Origin: Trueperaceae bacterium
Lineage (GTDB): Bacteria; Deinococcota; Deinococci; Deinococcales; Trueperaceae
Direction of reading: 5' to 3'
DNA: 64,000 bases
Assembly: GCA_965215565.1 (NCBI GenBank)
Contig: CBDCDZ010000004.1
Location: 1,600,001 to 1,664,000 of the forward strand
Positions 18,808-27,072 of the stretch are shown here, piece by piece. The notes below the pieces were generated by a model. That model did not search any database. It saw only the letters and a list, made by a program, of their open reading frames with translations, and was not told the origin of the DNA. The stretch's first letter is position 1. Each line of letters starts with the position of its first letter. The position numbers were made by a program, and so were the translations under genes.

Positions 18808-19982
18808 TAGTACTTGAACAACCCGTTGTCGCTGAGTGAAATCAATTTCGAATTGGGCTCTTCTACCATTGTGTTACCCATAGCTTCTAGTGTACCGATC
18901 GCTGTTGCAGCGTCGTCCGCGTAGCTATTGATCTGTTGCATGATACTTCTCTGCTTTTCAGTAATTTCGTCTAACCGGTTTGCGCGCATCGTCTGGTGCA
19001 TCGCCGTCAATTCATTCGTATTATAGGTTCCTGAGAGCACCTGCGCTTTCATCAGGTCACTCAAGTTGGTAAAACCCATAGAAATAAGCTCACCCTGAGT
19101 GAGTAGGTCTTGAGTGAACTGCGTTACAGCCGCTCTCGTTGTGGGTACAGCGTTAATAATATCTGTTGCTGCAGGTACAAAATCCTTTCGATACTTCTGG
19201 TCAATTTCGTTTATTGTCGTGGACTCTAGAACCTTCTCAGCTACGTTGCCTGCCTCTACCGCATTGGCAAGAGACCTACCTTGAGCGACGATGTTGTCGG
19301 CTTTCTCGACGCCTAGCAGGTCGTTTGCTCTTCTAAGAAGGGGGTTGTACGCAAGTGCATCGTGGAACTTACGCTCGGGTGTGCCTTCAGGCGCATTGGC
19401 TGCGTTTTGCGCCTCCAACTCTATTTTTTCCAAAGCGATATCGCCCACAACATCAAGGATTTCGTCACCGCTATCTTCAGGTTTGAGGATGGCAGCCTCG
19501 AGTCTTTGGGAAAACTCATTCAGCTCATCTCTTGTAATTTGCGAACCCAGACCGAGGTCGTACTGCAGAAAGTCGGTCGCTAGATTTTTACCCCACCCGC
19601 TCAGCACGGTCTCGTAATTCTCGAACATGTAGGTGACATCTTGGTACGTATCAGAGATGCCACAAGCAACGTCCTCGACAGTCTGCCCCGCATCTTCTTG
19701 AGTTACGCCGTCGCACACTCCCGTAAGCAGTTCCTCAAAGGAGAAATCCTGGATGAGGTTGTAACCCTGAGTAAAGTACTCTCCATATTCGTTCCAGAGA
19801 TTACCTAAATCTTCATCGACTACACCCAGGAGACCACCAACACCCTCGCCCTCTGGCATATCCGCACAGGTTTCTCCCCCTGCAAAACCTGGCGTGCAAA
19901 ATTGACCATCTTGAGCCGACGCTACGCTCAGTAGCCCTACCAGGCAGACCGCTGTAGCAGAAAGAAAAAATTTGCTCATCAC
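18807..19982 (-). CDS. Secreted helical protein, VirB5/TrbJ-like by position
   Basis: Signal peptide ending ASA; Gln/Thr/Leu-rich helical C-terminal half; coupled to virB4 (ATGA) and to the M23-VirB6 gene (TAATG). The VirB5 call is largely positional. Confidence 0.5.
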   Translation of the reverse strand: MMSKFFLSATAVCLVGLLSVASAQDGQFCTPGFAGGETCADMPEGEGVGGLLGVVDEDLGNLWNEYGEYFTQGYNLIQDFSFEELLTGVCDGVTQEDAGQTVEDVACGISDTYQDVTYMFENYETVLSGWGKNLATDFLQYDLGLGSQITRDELNEFSQRLEAAILKPEDSGDEILDVVGDIALEKIELEAQNAANAPEGTPERKFHDALAYNPLLRRANDLLGVEKADNIVAQGRSLANAVEAGNVAEKVLESTTINEIDQKYRKDFVPAATDIINAVPTTRAAVTQFTQDLLTQGELISMGFTNLSDLMKAQVLSGTYNTNELTAMHQTMRANRLDEITEKQRSIMQQINSYADDAATAIGTLEAMGNTMVEEPNSKLISLSDNGLFKY

Positions 19983-22507
19983 TCCCTCACTCCCTGCGGA
20001 TACCTCGCCGCGAGTTCGTCCAAAGCCGCAACCAAGTTGCCGCCGTGCTCATCTAATACCTCTTTGCGTTTCGCCATGTCGTAAGCGTTGGTGGTGTAAG
20101 CCCAGTACTCGACGGGCGTAGGGCGAACGATCATCACGTCTCCTTCCAGCCGGTCTTCGCGGCGAATCCAGGTCAAGACTTCACTAAAACTACCGCTACG
20201 GCTCGTGAGCGAGCGAAAGACTTCGATGCCTCTGTCGCTCATCTCTAAAAGTTCTTGGACAAGGGCGTCTTCGCCAGGAAGTCTCAGCAAGTAGTGGTAC
20301 GTCGTGTTTTGCAAAAGCCCTTTGGCGTTCTCACCGACGAAATCTTGCAGGCTTTGTGTGACGGCGTAAGCGGCGGCGTTGTAGCGCCGAAAACGGCGGT
20401 AGAGTTCGATCATGAAGCTCGCCGCCTCGTTCACCTTCATGATGCTCCAGGCTTCGTCGAATACAGCGATTTTGCGCTTGGCAGGGTCCTTCTTGACGCG
20501 CTTCCAGATGAGGTCGGAGACGAGGAGCGTACCAACCGCTTGCAGCTCCGGGTAGCGGTCTAACCCGGTGGTCTCGTAGTAGACGACGTTCGCGTCTGAG
20601 CGTATATTCGTCTCGCGGTCGACAAAGCGCCCGAAGGGGGTGTCGCCCGTCCAGTTCTGTAAGCGCAGGGAGAGGCTGCGGGCGATGTCGCGTTCGGCTT
20701 CACTCGCGGGGCGGTCGCCGATCTCTTCCATTGTGACCAGGACGCGCGCTAAGTCGGAGAGCTTCGCGCCTGCAAAAAAGCGCTCGACTGTGCCGTCCTC
20801 TTTACGTCGCTCGCTCGTGAAGCGCGAATACGTTTGACTGATGGCGTGGTTCAAAATAGCGTTTTCGGTTGCGCCAACTGCGCCCCCCTCAGAGGGCACC
20901 ATCGCGCGAATCAGGGCAAGCAAAAAGGCGCGCTTCTCCTCGTCGGGACTCACTTCACCGGGGGGCAAATCGAAGGGGTTAATGCTGACCTTACCGGGTT
21001 CGATCGGAATGGTTTCGCCGTCGAAAAGTTCGACGAGGTGCGCGTAGCCGTAACCACGGTCGATGATCATGACGTCAACGTCGCCGCGCAGCAGTTCGCC
21101 TAAAAGCGTCTGCATCAAAAAGGTCTTGCCACTGCCCGACGAACCCACGACAATGGCGTTCCAGTTCGAGCTGCGCGGATCGAAGGGATCGAGCGCGGTC
21201 AAGGAGTCCCAGCGGTTCCACAAAAGGGTGACGGGTTTGCCCGAGCCGGGCCAGGGCATGTCCACCGGGAAGAAGTCGGCGGCGTTCTCTTCGAAGGTCA
21301 AAAAGGTGCGCTCATTGGTACCGCCGGAGAAGGGCGCGAGCGCCAGATACTGCGTCATGAGCCCGGCGGACTCGATGATGCCTTGCGCGCCAGGGAGGTG
21401 CGCGAGCTTGTTCGTCGCGTCCTGCATCCCCTCTTTAACGCCCTCCAAGGTTTTATCCATCAAAGCCATCGTGACACCCACGCGGTAGACGTGGGAGCCG
21501 CTCAGTGACGCCTCGGAGAGCGCCTCGTCCACCTCGTGAAAGCCCTGACGCATCGAGGGGTCGGAGTAGTCGGTGAAGCCGCCGCGCATCGTCGTCGCGG
21601 AGTAGAGCCTCCGCGCCTGATTCATAAGCGCGCGCACCGTCTTACCGTAGGGCTCGTGGCAGAAGTCGATACAGAGCCAGAAGAGTTTGGGCATACTGAG
21701 GAGGTGACCGATGAGACCGGTATAGGTGTAGCCGACGGGCAGCGAGCCCATGCTGAGCATCTGCACGTAGTAGTCCGAGACGCGCAGGTTGTTCCAGCGC
21801 CTGATGAGGTCGGAGTTGACCACTTGTGAGCGCAGGGTGGGCGGCGCGAGATGCGGCATCTCTTTAAGGACCTCTTTCGGCAGGTGAACCTCGGGCGCTT
21901 CGTAGTCTGGGATGTCGCCGAAGCGCGCGTCGGGGTTGAACCAGCGGTACATCGTCTCGAAGATGCCTTGGTTGAGAAGCGGGATAGGGGCGAAACCCGC
22001 GTCGCGAAAGGTCGTATAGAGTTTGTTGCGTAAAATATGCGCCCTTTCTAAAATCTTTGTCATCTCACCAGGGCTGTAAGACTGCGTCCGCTTGCGCTTG
22101 CGTTGCGGGCTGAGGGTACAGGTTACATAGAATCTATATTCGACTAAATTGCCCTCTTTGCGCGTCGCGTCGAGGTTGCGCACCTTGTTGACGGTTAGGA
22201 GATGCGCCGAGGGGTGGTCTGTATTCAACCCCTTCTGATAGCGCTGCAGAATGCTCCGACGCATTGGCGTCGCTTCAATGAGGAGGCGCATCCGCTCGTC
22301 TTGCGGGACCGCGTGGCGAAGCACGTTCGTCAACGTCGCGTTGAGCGAATCCAACTCGGCGCTGCTCAGTAACAGCGTGTTGATCGAGCGGATTTCGACG
22401 CCCACCTCGACTTGACCGTTGTTCAGAAACACCACACCGTCCAAAATGTCATGAAACGGTAGCTGCTCCGCGAACGACGCCTCATCCCTCGTAAGAGATT
22501 GTGCCAC
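19979..22507 (-). CDS. virB4: VirB4 family T4SS ATPase
   Basis: NWNAIVVGSSGSGKT, IIDRGYGY, INPFDL, AVFDEAW, RRFRRYNAAAYAVTQSLQDF; 842 aa. Confidence 0.9.
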   Translation of the reverse strand: MAQSLTRDEASFAEQLPFHDILDGVVFLNNGQVEVGVEIRSINTLLLSSAELDSLNATLTNVLRHAVPQDERMRLLIEATPMRRSILQRYQKGLNTDHPSAHLLTVNKVRNLDATRKEGNLVEYRFYVTCTLSPQRKRKRTQSYSPGEMTKILERAHILRNKLYTTFRDAGFAPIPLLNQGIFETMYRWFNPDARFGDIPDYEAPEVHLPKEVLKEMPHLAPPTLRSQVVNSDLIRRWNNLRVSDYYVQMLSMGSLPVGYTYTGLIGHLLSMPKLFWLCIDFCHEPYGKTVRALMNQARRLYSATTMRGGFTDYSDPSMRQGFHEVDEALSEASLSGSHVYRVGVTMALMDKTLEGVKEGMQDATNKLAHLPGAQGIIESAGLMTQYLALAPFSGGTNERTFLTFEENAADFFPVDMPWPGSGKPVTLLWNRWDSLTALDPFDPRSSNWNAIVVGSSGSGKTFLMQTLLGELLRGDVDVMIIDRGYGYAHLVELFDGETIPIEPGKVSINPFDLPPGEVSPDEEKRAFLLALIRAMVPSEGGAVGATENAILNHAISQTYSRFTSERRKEDGTVERFFAGAKLSDLARVLVTMEEIGDRPASEAERDIARSLSLRLQNWTGDTPFGRFVDRETNIRSDANVVYYETTGLDRYPELQAVGTLLVSDLIWKRVKKDPAKRKIAVFDEAWSIMKVNEAASFMIELYRRFRRYNAAAYAVTQSLQDFVGENAKGLLQNTTYHYLLRLPGEDALVQELLEMSDRGIEVFRSLTSRSGSFSEVLTWIRREDRLEGDVMIVRPTPVEYWAYTTNAYDMAKRKEVLDEHGGNLVAALDELAARYPQGVRE

Positions 22508-22907
22508 GGGGTCTCACCTCCTCACCTAAGGGTTCTACATGACCTCTACGCTTGCCGCTGTTACCCCGACGCCCAAAGCGTCCTGCGTTACGCGGGCGCA
22601 CCTGCGCGTGATCCACGATGAGCGGGACGTTGTCGGTGTCGGGGACGCACCTATAAACCTCTGGTTCACCCAACCAAACGATAAAGTGTTCGGCGAATTT
22701 GTCAGGAACCTTATCCTTGAGGAGGTACCAGCCCCAGTAGACGAACGCCACTATAAAGAGGCACAAGAAGAGCTTGAGGCGGGGCGGGGCGAAGACACCT
22801 AGCACCTGTATGCTGAAGACAAAGGTACCCAAGATGACGCCCCAGTCGACGACGGACATCCCCAAAATCGTGAACTTGCTCTCCAATTTATAGAGGCGGT
22901 GCTTCAT
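22482..22907 (-). CDS. VirB3/PrgI-like small membrane protein
   Basis: KFTILGMSVVDW followed by two TMs; directly upstream of and overlapping virB4. Confidence 0.65.
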   Translation of the reverse strand: MKHRLYKLESKFTILGMSVVDWGVILGTFVFSIQVLGVFAPPRLKLFLCLFIVAFVYWGWYLLKDKVPDKFAEHFIVWLGEPEVYRCVPDTDNVPLIVDHAQVRPRNAGRFGRRGNSGKRRGHVEPLGEEVRPRGTISYEG

Positions 22908-22926
22908 AACATTCCTCTTCTAAACC

Positions 22927-23349
22927 TTAGGCGCAGGGTGCCTGAAGGAGCGCGGCGAAGGCTGTGCTCGAGCCGAGGATGAGCGTCGTGCCGACGGCGG
23001 CGCGCGCGATCATGGGCATGGCGTCGCGGCTGGCAACCTGCAGCGCGATAAGTCCCGCAACGAGCACGAGAAACCCGATGCCGATACCGAGCGGCCCGGT
23101 GAGACCGTTTGCCACTGCACAAACGGTGTTGGTAACCTCACCGAAAGCGGTGTCACCGTCAGCCGTTGGCGTGGCGGTACCGTTGGAGAGCACCTGAGCC
23201 ACAGCGACGTTGCCGACGGTCAAACCGCCAATAGCGAGACCTACGACAGCTACAGGTGCAAAGGACATGAGGCACGCCATTAAGGTTGAGGCGAGCTTGC
23301 GGGTGAACGTACGAGGGTGCTTCGCAGAGGATTGGGTAGATTGCTTCAT
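22927..23349 (-). CDS. VirB2/TrbC-like pilin precursor
   Basis: Long signal ending AVA; LTGPLGIGIGFLVLVAGL, then a second hydrophobic helix; first gene of the operon, with an AGGAG RBS. Confidence 0.7.
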   Translation of the reverse strand: MKQSTQSSAKHPRTFTRKLASTLMACLMSFAPVAVVGLAIGGLTVGNVAVAQVLSNGTATPTADGDTAFGEVTNTVCAVANGLTGPLGIGIGFLVLVAGLIALQVASRDAMPMIARAAVGTTLILGSSTAFAALLQAPCA

Positions 23350-23602
23350 CTCTACTCTCCTTTAGGTTGAGCGGGTGAATTTGTGTGCAGCTCAACTGAG
23401 GGTCAGCGTACCGAAGCTAGAAAACCCACGAGAGGTTAAGCAGTTCTGATTCTGCGGCTTGACTTCCGTACTTCGGGTTTCCCGATAAAAGATCGTTTTT
23501 CCGCGCGACGACGGGAGGGCTGCGTTGTCTCTAACGAGGTCTACGAGCCGCAAAAGCTAAACACATCCTTTACATGGCTGAATTTCCTATACTAGGCTCA
23601 AC

Positions 23603-25246
23603 ATGAAGAACAGTGACCTCAGGCTCGATGACGATGTTCGCACGCTCCTAGAAAGGGAGCTTGACGCTGATGTACCCGATCCCAACAGCCCTGACTTTCA
23701 GGCTTTTTTAGAGGACATTCAAGTCGAGCGCCCTGATCTGTTCGATGAGGTCATGCGCGGTCTCCAGGTCAACGTCACGTTGCCTGTCGAGAAACAAGCG
23801 CAGCAGGCGGCGCGGCGCGACAGCATCAATGAGCAGTTTACCCGCGCCTTTTTCCAGCGCTCAAAGGTGGACGGCGAGGCGATCCCGGCTAAGCGGCGCA
23901 TCATCACCTACGTCTTTGGTTTGGCGGCGTTTCTACTCCCCGTGATGTACATTCTTGCTCAAACGTTTCAATTTGACGCAACTTCGGACATCGCGCAGGA
24001 GCAGAGCGTACCGCTCGAGCCCGAGCCCGGCTCCTTAAATAGCCAGAGCAGTGTGTCACTTCAGACGCCGCTGGAGCCCGAAGTGCCCATCCCCGAGCCG
24101 GAGCCTAGAGCAGTCGTCACCTTCCCTGACCCCGAGCCGGAACCGAGCGAGCCCACCCCGAGCGAGCCGCGCCAAGCCGCGCCATCCCCACCCCGACAGC
24201 AGGCTGCTGCGCCGCGTCCGCCTAGCCCCACCCCCACATCGGCTCCTACGCCACCGGCTCCCACGCCACCCGCCCCTTCACCTACCCCACCCGCGCCAAC
24301 ACCCTCACCCAGCCCGCAGCGTGCACCCGCGCCTACGGTTCCCGAACCCGCCGAGGTCTTACCCGGTACGCTCGAGCTTTACCGGGCGCAGTACACCGCG
24401 CCCAGAAGTGTCGAGCTTTACCAGGCTCCTCAGCCTCCGGGTAACCTCCGCGTGTACCAACAGGAAAGCGTACCGCCCGCCTCGCTTAACTTGCTAGGAG
24501 CATCCGGCGAGCAAGCGCCGCCACAAGAGACCGTTCTATTCGACCTGAACGCGCAGGCGCAAGAAGGGGGTGCGCCCACGTCGCCTATAACGGGCGGAGG
24601 GAATACTGAAGGTCAACCTTCCTTACCTGCCGCACAGTCACAGTCTATAGTCGCGTCGCCGAGCGAGCCCGCTCCTTTCACCCTCCCGCTCGGCTCCCGC
24701 ATCCAAGCGACGTTGGCCACGGGTATCTTCGTCGCCGAAGGCGCCGCCGTTCCCGTTGTTGCGCACTCGAGAGGTGACTGGTGCACGGAGCCGCCCTGCC
24801 CCGAGATCACCTGGATAGGTCAAGCGCGGCTGGACGCGACGAACCGGGTGCAGGTCAACTTCACTCAGGCACTGCTGGACGGCAGCTTGCAAAATGTGAC
24901 CGCCTTGGCGCTCAACCCGGACTCGAGCAACGGGCTCAGGGCAGATTTGCGCGACGAGGCGTCGCTGTCCGCCGAGAATTTGCTGCGCAACGGCGCGGCA
25001 GGCGTTTCGGACTACGTGGACGCGCTCGTCAACCAGCAGACCGTCACCTTTACAGATAGGGGCATCGTCACCGAGAACACCGTGCCCGAAGCCGACGCCT
25101 TTATCGCGGCGCGCATCGCGAGTCTCTTCGACTCACCCGTTGCGAGAGGACCCACATTAAGGATCGCCGAGATACCTGCGGATACACCCCTACTCGTGCT
25201 TTACGGGGTCAACCCGCAGTTGGGACAACCCTCAGAGCAACCCTAG
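23603..25246 (+). CDS. VirB10/TrbI-like bitopic protein with Pro-rich linker
   Basis: Acidic cytoplasmic N-terminus, single TM, long PEPEP/PTPPAP linker, C-terminal LPLGSRIQATLATGI...WIGQARLD..NRVQVNF...ALNPDSSNGL resembling the TrbI/VirB10 barrel; divergent from the pilin gene. Confidence 0.65.
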   Translation: MKNSDLRLDDDVRTLLERELDADVPDPNSPDFQAFLEDIQVERPDLFDEVMRGLQVNVTLPVEKQAQQAARRDSINEQFTRAFFQRSKVDGEAIPAKRRIITYVFGLAAFLLPVMYILAQTFQFDATSDIAQEQSVPLEPEPGSLNSQSSVSLQTPLEPEVPIPEPEPRAVVTFPDPEPEPSEPTPSEPRQAAPSPPRQQAAAPRPPSPTPTSAPTPPAPTPPAPSPTPPAPTPSPSPQRAPAPTVPEPAEVLPGTLELYRAQYTAPRSVELYQAPQPPGNLRVYQQESVPPASLNLLGASGEQAPPQETVLFDLNAQAQEGGAPTSPITGGGNTEGQPSLPAAQSQSIVASPSEPAPFTLPLGSRIQATLATGIFVAEGAAVPVVAHSRGDWCTEPPCPEITWIGQARLDATNRVQVNFTQALLDGSLQNVTALALNPDSSNGLRADLRDEASLSAENLLRNGAAGVSDYVDALVNQQTVTFTDRGIVTENTVPEADAFIAARIASLFDSPVARGPTLRIAEIPADTPLLVLYGVNPQLGQPSEQP

Positions 25247-25284
25247 TTCAAGCCTGCGCCCATTTCGCTTGCTATAAGAGATAG

Positions 25285-25899
25285 ATGAGCAAGTGGAAAA
25301 AATTGGGGTATACCTTCGTGTTTAGTATCTTCGTCCTTCACTTAGGCATGACCTCACTCTACGTGGTGCCTTCCCCGAGCACGCCGCCCGCTTTAGCCGC
25401 GCTGCGCAACGCGCTTTACGGGAGTACGCTGTTCCGGCAAAGCTGGCCTCTTTTCGCCTCGTACTATCCCTTAAAAGCTGATCTCGGCTTATCCGTAAAA
25501 TGTTTAAGCAACGCTGCGAAACACGCACCTCATACGTATAGCGACATCACTACCCCAGTATGGCAGCGCAGAGAGCGTGGTCTTCTCTCGCCCGAGCAGT
25601 GGATAGCGCAACGCTTGAGAAATACCCTTTCCGTCCCCTACTTCAACTATGCCCGCCTCAAGGGGGCGCAAGGAGAAAGGACGAGCTACGCCGACTTCTT
25701 TAACTGGTTGGAGCGCACACCGACCTTCGGACAACAAGTTGCTATCCTGAGCGCGCTCGCCGCGCGTCACTGCAGCACCAAAGGCGAATTCTCTCGAGCT
25801 GATCTGCAATTGTGGGCTTGTCCTTTAGAGCTGTGGCGCAGTGAGCGCGAACCATGTACCCGGCATCCACTCGGCACCTTCGCCCTGCCTAAGCTATGA
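25285..25899 (+). CDS. SdpA-like / DUF5819-like membrane-anchored protein
   Basis: N-terminal TM with HLGMTSLYVVP, then LFRQSWPLFA (Q.W.LFA motif); ATGA overlap with the HTTM gene. Confidence 0.6.
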   Translation: MSKWKKLGYTFVFSIFVLHLGMTSLYVVPSPSTPPALAALRNALYGSTLFRQSWPLFASYYPLKADLGLSVKCLSNAAKHAPHTYSDITTPVWQRRERGLLSPEQWIAQRLRNTLSVPYFNYARLKGAQGERTSYADFFNWLERTPTFGQQVAILSALAARHCSTKGEFSRADLQLWACPLELWRSEREPCTRHPLGTFALPKL

Positions 25900-26711
25900 T
25901 CGCGTCTCTCACTCAGACACCTCTTCATACAGCCGGGAGCCGCGTCATGCTCGCTTTTATCGGCGCGGCCCTCCTCTGGCGCATGACGAGCACCCTCCCT
26001 GAAGTTCCTTTTCTCTACGGCGCGCTGGCCGACGTGCCCCTACCCCCGCGCAGCGTCTACACGCTCTACGCCATCTGGAGCCTGGCTGCACTAGGGCTCA
26101 TCGTGGCGAGGTACACGCGTGTGTGTGCGCTCATCGCGCTACTCGCTTATGGAATTGACACCCTAACGGGGTTACATAATGCGGGGGACCACCTGGCGCG
26201 CATCACGCTCATTTACGCTCTCCTCTTAGACGAAGACCTGATGCGCGGACAGAAGAAAGTAGGACCCGCTGTCTTTTTTCACAACTTAGGCGTGATTGCG
26301 ATCACGGTTCAGCTTTGCATCGTCTACATCAACGCATCACTCTGGAAGCTGTATGGACCCGACAACCTTTGGTTGGGAGGAACCATGCTCTACTACGTTA
26401 CCCATCTGCAGAGTCACGGCATGGCGTGGTCAAGGTGGTTTTTCGAATCGCCTGTCATCGTCTACACGGCGACGTACATGACCTTGCTCTACCAGCTCTC
26501 GTTTTTGCCCCTTCTTTTCACCCGCTGGCACTGGGTATCGGTGCTCATAGGCACCGGGCTGCATCTGGGCATCGGTCTCTTGCTCGGCTTGATGCCGTTC
26601 GGTCTCATCGTGACAGGTCTCGTGCTGTTCACGCTGCGCGACGCGACGTGGCGACGGATGGGTGAGTATACTCGCGCTAAAACATTCAGAAGAGGGGTCA
26701 GCTCGTCTTGA
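25896..26711 (+). CDS. HTTM-domain membrane protein (SdpB-like)
   Basis: NAGDHL, QLCIVYINASLWKL...WLGGTMLYY, LHLGIGLLLGLMPF; multiple TMs. Confidence 0.75.
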   Translation: MIASLTQTPLHTAGSRVMLAFIGAALLWRMTSTLPEVPFLYGALADVPLPPRSVYTLYAIWSLAALGLIVARYTRVCALIALLAYGIDTLTGLHNAGDHLARITLIYALLLDEDLMRGQKKVGPAVFFHNLGVIAITVQLCIVYINASLWKLYGPDNLWLGGTMLYYVTHLQSHGMAWSRWFFESPVIVYTATYMTLLYQLSFLPLLFTRWHWVSVLIGTGLHLGIGLLLGLMPFGLIVTGLVLFTLRDATWRRMGEYTRAKTFRRGVSSS

Positions 26712-26912
26712 GGTGTAGCATTAAACTCGAACCTTGACCTTGCGTGCTCGAGCCAGAAGAAATCGCGAGGTGGAGCACTTTGAGCAGTATAAATGACCTC
26801 TCACGAGGGCGGGTGTCAGCCTAACGAGTATGAGCAAATGCAATGGGCGGAGAAAGCAAGAGGTTTAATTCGGATAGACCACGCTAAAAAATCACAGAAA
26901 GAGGCAAATGCA

Positions 26913-26941
26913 GTAGAGGTGGGTTTGAAACCCACCTCTAC
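26913..26941. repeat. GTAG-type REP-like palindrome
   Basis: GTAGAGGTGGGTTT-G-AAACCCACCTCTAC, 14-bp perfect arms. Confidence 0.75.
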
Positions 26942-26955
26942 GCCGCGTACTCTCA

Positions 26956-27057
26956 GTAGTGGCGCTGTTCGGAATGATGCAGAGGTTAAACAAGGGGTTT
27001 CAACCCCTTGTCCACTGTGAGGAGATAGCATATGACAGCGTCCGGCTTAGAACCATT
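26956..27057. repeat. Dispersed repeat family B, copy 2
   Basis: GTAGTGGC...GGAATGA...AAACAAGGGG-tttcaa-CCCCTTGT...GGAGA...CGGCTTAGAACCA; aligns with 42284-42397. Confidence 0.75.
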
Positions 27058-27072
27058 GGTCAAGAGGTTCGC

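Noticed and set aside
23350..23602. Possible oriT in the divergent T4SS spacer (short dyad CGGGtttCCCG)
   Set aside because: Only very short inverted repeats, no recognisable nic motif and no relaxase. The TTTACA...TATACT spacing (13 bp) is also too short for a standard -35/-10 pair.
24090..24350. Pro-rich repetitive DNA in the VirB10-like gene
   Set aside because: Explained by a low-complexity protein linker, not a separate DNA element.
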